This document shows positions 13,476 through 24,380 of a stretch of DNA of 64,000 nucleotides, in pieces. The notes below the pieces were generated by a model. It worked only from the letters and a program-made list of their open reading frames with translations. It did no database searches and was not told where the DNA came from. The stretch covers positions 27,964,001-28,028,000 of the forward strand of contig NW_024704742.1 in the NCBI RefSeq assembly GCF_018977255.1. The letters are read 5' to 3'. Origin of the DNA: Callorhinchus milii (lineage: Eukaryota). The translations under genes and the position numbers were made by a program. The stretch's first letter is position 1. Each line of letters begins with the position of its first letter.

Positions 13476-13854
13476 TGAGAAGAGCAAGATGACAATGACC
13501 CATTGTCAGAACTAAGCTCGCTGCTCTTTTTTTTCATCTTGTGTCTGGACGCTCAATCGTGATTTGAATCCCGCTTGTGGCCAAAGTTCCTCCAAATTCT
13601 ACCATCTACCATCCAGATACCAACTACCATTCTTTACAATATATTTTTATTACAAATGAGCTAGCTCGTAAATCCTCGTACATCCTGCACGTTTTTGCTA
13701 CTTGTCAATTATTGTCCATCTTATAGCATTTTATTCTTATCTTTTTACTCCTCCATTTTTTTTCTCTAATTTGTCCTCTTCTCTCCTGAGGACTTTTTGG
13801 CCTTTTCTTCCCTGTCCATCCAGCTTGGGATACTGTCCCATTATCGATCTCAAG

Positions 13855-14350
13855 TAGCTGGTCCAGGTCACCATTATTCATATGTGAGGCCTAACATTGA
13901 ATGCTGGCAGGTTATTCTACTTTAGAACGGGCATCACAGCCGAGCCTGATACTGTCCTCACCCCATATCCACACGTGCACAGTGAAGTAGCCCATCGTGC
14001 CAGTACGGTCACACATTTTCCACAGCAATGATTTTCCCAAAAATAGCCAATGCTGCCAATCAAAGACATAAATCCATTTCTGCACCAAAAGATACATATT
14101 CTGCCTCTTACATCACTAATCAGGTGAAAAGGTTACCCTGTGTGAAACTGATGCACGTAGATACAAGCAGTTATTGGTTGTTATTGCAGCCAGTTGATAT
14201 TAGTTGAGGAACTTGAATTGACTTCAGCATGATCCCAGGTTAGAGAAGTGGAAATCCAACCAAATTGTTTCTCTACATTTTCATCCAGTGGATCCTCTGC
14301 TAGGAAGATTGTATGTGAGTGGGATTGTGTGTGTGTGGATGTTGGGTGAA
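13855..14350. mobile_element. Two oppositely oriented fragments of an old SINE-like repeat
   Basis: 13855-13985 (-) reads GTGTGGATATGGGGTGAGGACAGTATCAGGCTCGGCTGTGATGCCC; ~14150-14350 (+) ends GTGTGTGGATGTTGGGTGA, overlapping the same motif. Family recognised only from memory, not named. Confidence 0.4.
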
Positions 14351-14417
14351 ATCAAAAATAAGTTCTGTTATGAACAGAAACTCTCGCCGTGTTTTATCGC
14401 CCACACTTGCCTTCTGG

Positions 14418-14731
14418 AGTCCTGTAGTTCAGTGGTTAGAGCACTCACTTTGCAAGTGAGAGACCTGAGTTCAATTCCAGGCACAGGGCGAAACCTTGGG
14501 CAAGTTTCCTTACTCCACACACCTAATAATAATCCCTCCAAAACCAAAAACAATAATAAATTGTTCATTTTCAATCTATGACTGTTTGTGGGACATTGCT
14601 GTGCGCAATTGGCCGCCGCATTCGCCCACAAATATACAGTCAATTCACTTTACAGTGTGTTCTGTGAAGCGCTTTGGGACGTCCTCCCGACGTGAAAAGC
14701 GCTATATCAAATGCAAGGATTATTATTATTA
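14418..14731 (+). mobile_element. Young full-length tRNA-headed SINE (CORE-like segment, Deu-like 3' part, L2 tail), TSD TTCTGG
   Basis: A box TAGTTCAGTGG, B box GAGTTCAATTCC, CCTTGGGCAAGTT, tail GGGACGTCCTCCCGACGTGAAAAGCGCT..(TTA)n. TTCTGG at 14412-14417 and 14732-14737. Confidence 0.92.
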
Positions 14732-15003
14732 TTCTGGGTTCTCACTTGCACAAAAAATACCCACTCCTGCGAAATACTAAAAGCCATCAATCAAGCAACA
14801 ATTCCCTGCTGTGTAGCCATTCAATAGGCCAAATGTCTGCTTTGGGGAATGAAAGGAATATTTGAGAAAGTAGCAGAAGGAAAAATTAGAGCTTCAGTCT
14901 TGCAATAACCTCAAGCCAATTATTGAGTAAAAACAGATATTGGATTGACAAACCCACCCCTTCACTAATCTCCACTGAACTGTAATTTCTCACTGGAAAT
15001 AAT

Positions 15004-15565
15004 GACTATCCTCATCGGCGAGAGGTAATCAGGGTCTCCGTGGAGCTGAACGGGCTCCAAAGTGGCATGCCTGGCAACAAAATTCTGCAATCAAGCCAGC
15101 CTTCTGTGGCGGTCTTGATAGTCTGGTTCCTGAGCCAGGCAGTCCGCAATATTCCAGGGCACTTCTGATAAGAGCAAAGCCAGCCTGCCTCAACAGCATG
15201 ATTTGCAAGGTCAGACTTCTAACTCAGCTCCTATTACAATCCAAAGCCCCAATGTGAAGGGTGATCTTAGTTGGATAAGCAGTGGGAAAGCTTGCCAGAC
15301 AGCGATATCAGTGGTAAGCTGTGCAGTTTTATCTGGTCAGACTCCAGCAGAACCCCAACGCACACACTAGGATCCCCAAGCCCTGCGCCTAATACTTTTC
15401 AGAATTAGGTATGCAAGGATGCTTTCCTCCAGGGAGAGAGTGTGTATTCTAATCCAACAACCTATCTCTGGAATTTCCATGTGTAGGTGAGACGCATGGA
15501 ATTCCTGGGTTAGTTTGGATACTCTTTAAGTGTGGCATGTGTCAGACACCCGGCTGACCAAAAAT
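15004..15565 (+). repeat. Unclassified dispersed repeat, copy 1 (longest)
   Basis: Aligns by eye with 20622-21090, 19959-20140 (inverted), 35141-35470 (inverted) and 47432-48138. Confidence 0.8.
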
Positions 15566-16494
15566 AGCTATGATAGGTCCTGGAGTCGATAATTTAACGC
15601 ATTGGTGGTTTGCCATAACTGTTGAACAATTGGAATACATCTTACACATTCCTACAACATACAACATTTTTCCTTTCATTCATTGCCATCTTGACACAAG
15701 AGCGTGATGTGAAACATTGAACAAAGGCTTTGCAATTAACAAGTTGCAAAATGTTCTATTGAATAGCAATCTGTTAATTAGTAACTCTTTTACTTACTAT
15801 GAGTCTGACCTATCCAGTGGCTATTAATGTCAAATAACGATTTTAAATTTAGTTTGACTGCTGACACCAATAAAGCGTATTTACACGTTAGTTTCAATTA
15901 GTAAATTTGGTTACCCCATTAGCAGATATTCAGTAAATAATTAGAAGCAGAGAGCGAGAAAGAAAAAAAACTGCTGAAGAGTAGCCAATAAATAGTCAGC
16001 TCATTTCCATTCCTAAGTATCAATGATTTCCAAGTTGGTTACAAATTAGTGCCTAATTTGTCACAGTCATTAACCACAGCGATAAAATGTTTTAATTAGT
16101 TAGTGTTTGCCTTGATTCAGATTCCTGGTGGTAGACCCTGTTAATAATGTGGTTCACAGGCCACGTGGAATGCGAATGATCTTCTTAAGAATGATCGGTT
16201 TGCACTTTGTCATAATGTAAGTGGGGGGAAAAATTGCTGCCTGGGATGTGCTCAGTCTCCTGGTGATTATAGCTTGGCGCTCATTATCTCATCACGTCAT
16301 CGAACGTTGGGAGAGAAAACAGTCAAATCAATCTTTGATTAAGGTTCCTTCCACAATGGATTGGACCCATACATCTGGCCATTGCCACTGGTGTCCGCAT
16401 TACAGTGCTTCAGTGGCATCTTAGCACAGTATTTTAGAGGTTATTGAATGATTCATCCTTGTTCTTCATTCATTTAGGTCAATGTCAGGCCCAA

Positions 16495-16869
16495 TAATAA
16501 TAAGAATAAGAATTAATAATAATCCCTGCATTTGACATAGCACCTTATCACATTGTTGAGACGTTTCAAAGCCATTCACAGAATATACTGTAATGTGGAT
16601 CGACTGTGTATTTTGTAGCCGAAATACAGCAGCCAATTGCACACAGCAGTGTCCCACAAACTGCCGTGGATTGACTGACCAATTTTCTTTTGGAGGGATT
16701 ATTACCCCTGGAAAACAATCTGCCAATTGACCAACAATCGGTTCTTACTTACTGCTATGTAAGGGCGTGCGAAGTAAGTAAACTTGCCTAAGATTTTGCC
16801 CTGCCCAGGAATCAAACTTGGGTCCTCTCACTTGCGAGGTGAATGCACGAACCACTACGCTACGGGACC
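16495..16869 (-). mobile_element. tRNA/CORE SINE, long form
   Basis: Same head and tail as 14418-14731, plus ~55 extra bp (..CAGTAAGTAAGAACCGATTGTTGGTCAATTGG..). Confidence 0.8.
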
Positions 16870-16902
16870 TCACTGAGATGTCTCAAAGTGCTTCACAGGA
16901 TT

Positions 16903-17210
16903 TAATATAATCCTTGCATTTGATATAATGCTTTTCACGTCTTCTAGACATCTCAAAGTGCTTCACAGAATATACTGTAAAGTGAATTGTCTGTATATTT
17001 GTGGGCGAAATGCAGCATCCAATTGAGCACAGCAGTGTCCCACAAACAGTTGTGGATTGAAGTGACCAATTTATTATTGTTTTTTTTCTTGAGGGATTAT
17101 TTATCAGGCGTGTGGAGTAAGGAAACTTGCCCAAGGTTTCACCCTGCCAGGAATCGAACCCAGGACTCTCACTTGCAAGTCGAGTGCTTTAACCACTAAG
17201 CTACAGGATG
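16903..17210 (-). mobile_element. Young tRNA/CORE SINE inserted into an older Deu SINE (16875-17607)
   Basis: Full copy. The flanks GAGATGTCTCAAAGTGCTTCACAG and CAGAATTTTACTGTAATG join into a Deu SINE whose tRNA head ends near 17607. Confidence 0.88.
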
Positions 17211-17716
17211 CCACGATTTTACAGAATTTTACTGTAATGTGTAGTAGCTGTATATTTGTAGACTAATGCGTCGGCCAATTCGTACACAGCAATGTCCCAT
17301 GAACAGGCAAGAAGTGAATGGACAATTTTATCTGGGGGTTTGTTGATCAGGACATTGGGAAACTCCATTCTCTTTTTGAATAGTGCCCATGGGATGTTTA
17401 ACATCTACCTGATTTAACATTTCATCCAAATGGAACCTGGTTTTAAAATTTAATCCAAAGGATGGCACCTCTCACAATGCATGCATCCCCATCCCTGTAA
17501 TGGAGTGTCTGTGTAAACTTTGAGCTTAACGTTCCCAAAGTGGGGCTTGAAACCACAGCCTTCTAACTCAGAGGTGAGAGTGCTGCCAACTGAAGCAGGC
17601 TGACACCTTCAGTGAAAAGAGTGATGGTTATGGATGGTTCTTTCATCAATCAGACATTGCTGGGACACATCAGCCTTTTTTTTATACTTTCATTTCTGAA
17701 GTAAGCATTTTAATCA

Positions 17717-19400
17717 TATCACCGACATCATCAACCTATCCCTCTCCTCTGGCTCTGTCCCCATTCCCTTAAAAACTGCCACCATCACGCCCACCCTGAA
17801 AAAACCCTCCCTTGATGCGTCGCAGCTATCAAGCTACCGGCCCATCTCCAACCTCCCCTTTCTCTCCAAGGTCCTGGAAAGAGTTGTCGCCTCCCAACTG
17901 CGCTCTTTCCTTTCCACCCATTCTCTTTTCGAACCCCTTCAGTCAGGTTTCCGTGCTGCCCATAGCACAGAAACTGCCCTGGTCAAGGTCACCAATGATA
18001 TCCTGACCATCTGTGACCAGGGCTCCCTCTGCCTCCTCGTCCTCCTCGACCTATCGGCAGCATTCGATACGGTCGACCACGCTATCCTACTCCACCGCTT
18101 GTCCTCCCACCTCAACCTTCAAGGCACTGTCCTTGAGTGGTTTAGGTCGTACCTTTCTCACCGTCTTCACTTTGTCTCGACGAATGGCTTCTCCTCCACC
18201 CCCCGTACTGTCTCATGTGGTGTCCCTCAGGGCTCTGTCCTCGGTCCCCTCCTCTTCACCCTCTATATGCTCCCCCTTGGTGACATCATCCGCAGACATG
18301 GGTTAACTTCCACATGTATGCGGATGACACCCAACTCTACCTTTCCTCCTCTACTCTCAACTCCACGACCACCGATGTCCTGACAGCCTGCCTGTCCGAC
18401 ATCGAGTCCTGGACGAGAGACAACTTTCTTCAGCTCAACGTGCGAAAAACCGAGGCCCTCCTGATTGGCTCACGTCAGCGCCTCCGCACCTCAGGCGCCG
18501 ACACCATCAGCATCCAAGGCTGCACTCTCCACCTCTCAAAGCCAGTCAGGAACCTCGGCGTTTTGTTCGACCCTGAGCTGTCCTTTCTCCCTCACATCCG
18601 CACCACAACTGGCACCGCCTTCCATCACCTCCGGAACATCGCCAGACTACGGCATTACCTCACCCCTCACGCTGCTGAAACCCTGGTTCACGCCTTTGTC
18701 ACCTCAAGGCTGGACTATGGGAACTCTCTCCTCGCCGGCCTTCCCGCCACCTCCCTCCACAAGCTGCAGGTCATTCAGAACTCTGCAGCTCGTGTACTGT
18801 CCCGCACCAGGCTTCGGGACCACATCACTCCCACCCTCGCTCGCCTCCACTGGCTCCCCATCCCCCAGAGGATTGAATTCAAGATCCTCATCCTCACCTA
18901 CAAGGCCATTCACGGCCTTGCTCCCTCCTACCTCTCCAACCTACTATCCCCCTACCTACCTGCCCGTACCCTCCGTTCCTCTGGCTCCGGTCTGCTCCAC
19001 GTCCTCCGCCCCAACCGCCCTACCATCGGTGGTCGGGCCTTCAGCCTCTCAGCCCCAGGCTCTGGAACTCCATCCCCCAGTGCCTTCGCCTTGCTTCCTC
19101 CCTTTCCTCCTTCAAGGCCGGTCTCAAAACCTTTCTCTTTGACCGAGCCTTCAGCTCCCCTCTCGACTCTCTACCCCCTCCTCGCTCCCTCCCTTCCCTC
19201 CCCTCACCCTGACCATTTCCCCCCTCCTTGATCCCTCCCTTCCCTCTGACCATTTCCCCCCTCCTCGCTCCCTCCCTTCCCTCCCCTCCCCCTGACCATT
19301 TCCCCCCTGCTCGGGTCATGACCCAACTGTGCAGCGCCTTGGGACGTCCTCCTGACGTGAAAGGCGCTTTATAAATGGAATCTTGTTGTTGTTGTTGTTG
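17717..19400 (+). mobile_element. Young L2 retrotransposon, 5'-truncated; RT and C-terminal ORF2 nearly intact
   Basis: Open frame [45 protein letters not shown], then [20 protein letters not shown]. Two 1-bp frameshifts; (TTG)n tail; candidate TSD TAATCA at 17711 and 19401. Confidence 0.97.
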
Positions 19401-19958
19401 TAATCAAAAGATTGCTGGTGTGGTATTGAACACATGCAATGCAGATACAAGTAATACTTTTAACACAGCTCGATGTTTATGTTAGATGAATGAATTGTAG
19501 GTGTTTTGTGCTTCTGCCACTTTTGCCACTCCTCCATATTTCAGGGGAGTTACTGGACAGGTAGATAAAAAGAAGTGTTGCATTTTATGTGCAAAGGATG
19601 AAATTACTTTCAGTAACTTTTAGAGCACATTCTTTGCTTACTCTTAAGAGAGTTTCTTTCGGTGTCCTGGCCAACACGCTTCTCAATAAAGTGATTATTC
19701 ACTTCATGGCTGTTTGCAGGACTTTGGGGCGTGCACATTGGCTGCTGTGTGTCTACAAACTCACAGTCATTTCAGTTGACAATATATACCTATGAAACTT
19801 TACGAGACATTTCAACATTATACGTGCTGTATCAAATGCAAAGATTATTATTAATAAAAGTAGCAATAGTATTGCAAACATGTGATTAGGTATCCAAACT
19901 GCTTGGAATCCTAATTCAAATGTTGTACAGTAATTAGATCACTTGGATTATTATTTTG

Positions 19959-20140
19959 TTTTGGTCAGTAAGGTGTCTTGACACATCGGAAACTCTTCAC
20001 TGTGCTTAAGAGTATCCAAAACAAATTTGAGAATTCCATGCATCCCACCTACAAATGGAAATTCCAGAGATAGATTGTTGGAATGGGATGTGTGCTCTCT
20101 CACTGGAGGAACACATCCTGTTTACCGAATTCTGGAAAGT
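19959..20140 (-). repeat. Unclassified dispersed repeat, copy 2
   Basis: Reverse complement of 15395-15565 (AAGAGTATCCAAA, GGAAATTCCAGAGATAG). Confidence 0.8.
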
Positions 20141-20145
20141 AATCA

Positions 20146-20341
20146 CAATAATCCTTGCATTTGATATATCCTTAGCCTTATCATGTCTTTGAAGGAATTA
20201 CTACCCTCAGAAAAGCAATCCACCAATCAACTAACAACCGGGTTCCTACTTACTGCTGGGTAAACAGAGACGTGTGGAGTAAAGAAACTGGCCCAACATT
20301 TCCTCCTGCCCGAGTGCTCTAACCACTAAGTTACAGGACTC
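20146..20341 (-). mobile_element. tRNA/CORE SINE, long form, internally deleted
   Basis: Reverse strand: GAGTCCTGTAACTTAGTGGTTAGAGCAC..CTCTGTTTACCCAGCAGTAAGTAGGAACCCGG.. and the tail. Confidence 0.75.
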
Positions 20342-20621
20342 CACAGTATTTGATGCAGGTTGGCAGCAGACAAGGTCCACTTGGATTAAAAAAAATAATA
20401 GCTGGAGTAAACACGTAGATTGTTCAATTGGATGTAGACATGAAATCATTGAAGGCTTTTTCTGGTGAATGCTTATCAATGTGAAGGATGTTAAGACTAA
20501 CAAATAGAATCCATTGCAGTTGCCAATGACAGCACCCAGCTCGTCCAGATCAATATGGTTATTTTGTAGAGTGAAGCTCGCTCTCTCTTCTGCTCAACAA
20601 TATGTGTCAACGCCAATCCAA

Positions 20622-21090
20622 GACTATCCTCCTTGGGGAGGAGGCAAGTGAGGCTTCTTTTGAGCTAAGCTGTCTCCAAGGTGACATGTTTGGCAACAGA
20701 ATGTCAGAATTGAATCAACCCTCTGTGGCGATCTCGGTAGTTTGGTTCCCAGTACAGGGTCCACAGTTCTCCAAGCACTGCTGATGACAGCACAGCCAGC
20801 CTGGCGCATCAGCAGGACCTGGAAGGACAGACTGCTCCATGTGAGTAGGGATTCTTCCCACTCAGTTCCTGTTAAGCCTGCAAACCAAAGCCCTAACAGT
20901 TGGCTAGAACGCACCAGGAAGCTCGAGAGACAGTGGTTTCAATAGCACACTAAGCATTTTGGTTGGTTAAACTCCAGCGGTACTCAGGGTTCCATTTGTA
21001 GGTGCATACACTTGTGTCATACTTTGTCTGGTTTGGATACTCTTAGCATGGTGATGGCTTTCTGTACGTGTCAAACACCCTGATTTAAAA
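20622..21090 (+). repeat. Unclassified dispersed repeat, copy 3
   Basis: Starts GACTATCCTC like copy 1 and shares TGGCAACA, TCTGTGGCG, CAGCCAGCCTG and GTTTGGATACTCTT. Confidence 0.8.
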
Positions 21091-21769
21091 GGAATGCATC
21101 CTCTTTACCCCTTTCCATTGCACCAATCTGTTTCTTTCAATCTCCCATTCCAGTCGTCCTGTACTTCTACAACTGAGATGGCCATGTGAAGGGTGGGTTT
21201 GTATGATGATTCCATCCCCAGTTCCAGCCAAATTTAAGATTGATAAACTAATTTCATACAATACAAAATTACATTTGTACAGCACCTTTCACGCCGGGAG
21301 GACATTCCAAGGAGCTGGGCTGCATTTCATGCAGGAAGAATGTAACCTGTGATGTATTTATCACTTGTGATATCTTTAATCCCTATTTCTACTCCCCACC
21401 CCCCCACACCCCTTGTCAAGGAGAGGATAGGCAGATATTGGTAGGGTCAACATTTGCGATAGTGTGATTGTTAGCACTAATGCTAATTATCAGCCTGTGT
21501 GTCATGTTTTTCATCCAGGGACCTTACAGGCAACAAGACATCCAGATGTGCTATCCCATCTCTCGGTGTGGAAAGTAGAATGTAATTGAGCTCACATTCC
21601 AGTGACTTTTAATAATGAGATATTGCTCTTTTTAAATATATAATAAATATTGACTTAGTCATTAGTGTTTATTCCTCTGAACAAGCATATCTTTCATCAC
21701 ATCCACACTAATATGCAAATGGATCCTACTGGCACTCTCTCTCATGCCTTGCAGGACGCCAGATTTTCT

Positions 21770-22110
21770 TGCTTCAACCAGATATCCACACATTCTGGAT
21801 CCAGAAAGGACACGTCATAACTCTGAACACTGGGGATGTCATTTGATCAGGTTGTTGCATTATCCATTCTGCACTGCAATTAAAAGTATCAGGTGTCAAT
21901 GAACATCTCTGCTGGACACGATGACACCGTTTGCTCTCTGGAACCAGCCTAAGAGACTTCATTCACATCCACACAGCTAACAGAGTTAGCAAATATTCTT
22001 TGTAGCTGGCAAACACATTTCTCGGATACACCAATATGCTCAAGTATCTTGCAAAAGCGTCTCGGAGGCTTGAGCTAAGTGGGATTTGGTTTCTCTGATG
22101 ATCTGTCCTC
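21770..22110 (-). mobile_element. RTE-clade LINE reverse transcriptase remnant
   Basis: Frameshifted minus-strand translation KILEHIGVSEKCVCQLQRIFANSVSCVDVN / GWFQRANGV / QQRCSLTPDTFNCSAEWIM matches the RTE pattern LWKIL..GVP.K..WF....GVRQGC.L.P.LFN...DWIM. Confidence 0.72.
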
Positions 22111-22849
22111 CAGTTCAGAAGGTACTGAGTAATGTGATAGTGTGCCAACAATCCTCCAGTATTAAAGTAATAATAATTTAATCATTCAATCCATGACTGT
22201 TTGTGGGACACTGCTGTGCGCAATTGGCTACTGTGTTTTGCTCACAAAATATACAGTCGATTCACTTTACAATATATTCTGTAAAGTACTTTGAGACGTT
22301 GCAACAAAGTGATAAGGCGCTATATCAAATGCAAGGATCATTATTATTTCAACCAAGTGTTATTCATGATTGACCCTGAATTGTGTGTTCTGTAAAGCTT
22401 TCCAATGCTAAGGGTTTGGAATGAAGATAGAGACGAACAATCGTGGATTGCCTTTTCTCTGCACTCAGCTAATACAGTGAATATATAGTTCCAGGGTCAA
22501 TGTATTTTTGGTTTTCCACGCGATTACTTCTGAGGGTAAAACACATAGTGTGTGTAGTTAACTTTTGTTTGCTGTAGAATAGCCTAATATGCAGATACGC
22601 TAGTTAATGCATCCTTGGGGTTTCATAATTTGAGTTGAAATACTGTTGCAAAGCACAATGTGAGCTGCCATGCTAATCGCGTTTTATTTCACTGGATATT
22701 ACCATAGAACACCAAACACTACGCATTATAAGCCAGTGATGGATTGATGGGTTCAGATGATAGCAGTAAAATGTAAGTGTTTCATGCATTGATTACATTT
22801 TAAGTTACATTTATACTATGTACTATATACTATACATTTATACTATCAC

Positions 22850-24380
22850 TTCAGATGCCAACTGCGAAAAGATCGCGGACTTCTCTATCTCTAAGATAAA
22901 TAACATCCGCCTGGCTGTCCCCTCCTCCTCTGCCCACCCCCATGTCACCTACAAACCCCCCCTCCCCCATGCCTCCTTCTTCATCTTCACCTCCAACCAC
23001 AGCTCCTACCATGGCCCCACCCTACACTCCTTTGCCCCCATCTCTTCCTCCCCCTTTCCTCCACCATGATCCAGATGAAGCCCACCACCTGCTGCCTCGA
23101 CCCCCTCCCCACCCAGATTCTGGTCACTCAACTCTCCCTCTTCTGCCCACTGCTGACTCACATAATCAACCAGTCCCTCTCCTCAGGCTCTGTCCCACGC
23201 CCCCTCAAAACCATTGTCATTGCTCCTCTTTAAAAAACATACGCTAGATCTCTTCATTCTCACAAACTTCAGACCCATCTCAAACCTGTTCTTCCTGGCC
23301 AAAGTTTTGAAACGCGTCGTTGCAAATCAACTTTGCTTACACCTCTCCCTCCACTCCCTACTCAAAGCCCTCCAGTATGGTTTTTGTTCTGCCTACAGCA
23401 CAGAGACAGCACTCATCAAAATAACAAATGACGTCTTCTCTCTCTGTGAACAGGGCTCCCTTTCACTCCTCATTCTCCTGGATCTCTCCATCACGTTCGA
23501 CACAGTCGTTCATGCCATCCTCCTCCGCAATTTCCATACATATGCGGGTGACACAAAAAAATCTACTTATTTTCCTCCAGCTGCGACTCCCAGTCCATTG
23601 ATGTCCTGTCAGTTTGTTTGACGGACATCGAGGTTTCAATGAGCGCAAAATTCCTGCAGCTGAAGCCACACTCTTTGGTTCTCATCAACTCCTTCACTCC
23701 TGCAGGTCTGAGCTCCTCAACATACCCGGGCTCTCCCTCAGACTGACCGAACCCGTGCATAGCTTAGGCGTCAGGTTTGATTCCCAGCTTTCCATTCCCG
23801 TTCCCTTTTTTCCATCTCAATCACATTACCCGCCTCATTCCATAACTCACAACCAAAGAAGCCAAAACCCTTGTCCACGTTTTCATCATTTCCCAGCCGG
23901 ACTACTCTAATGCCCTCCTCGCTGGTTTCCCCAACTCCACCATACACAAAATTCAATTGATTCAGAACTCCGCCGCCCACATACTCACCTGCACAAAACT
24001 CTGTACCTGTATCACACGAGTCCTTGCGAGGCTCCACTGGCTCCCAATTACCGAACGGACGGATTTCAATATCCTCTCATTCATGTTCAAATTCCTTCAT
24101 GCCCTGGTATCTCCTTACCTATCTGATTTTCTTACCATCCCCCACTCCACCACCCGCTGCCCCTACTTGGCTGGCTCCTGCCTCCTGTTTGTCTCTCGTC
24201 ACCTCAGCTCCACCATCGGTGGCCATGCCTTCAGCCACTATGCCCTGAAATTCTTTTTGATCATGCTTACGGTCACCTCCCCACTCCCTCTCCCCTGGAT
24301 CAGTGTCATACTCCACCAATGTCAAGCGCTCTGAGATGCTAGCCCATGTAAAGGGCTCTATATAAATGCAAGTTGTTGTG
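22850..24380 (+). mobile_element. Older L2 retrotransposon, degenerate
   Basis: NFRPISNLFFLAKVLKRVV..STETALIKITND..LLDLSITFDTV; IQNSAAHILT..LHWLPITERTDF; tail ends CAAGTTGTTG. Confidence 0.9.

Noticed and set aside
14418..14490. Functional tRNA gene
   Set aside because: It is a SINE head: it continues into the SINE body and tail and recurs with the same body at several loci.
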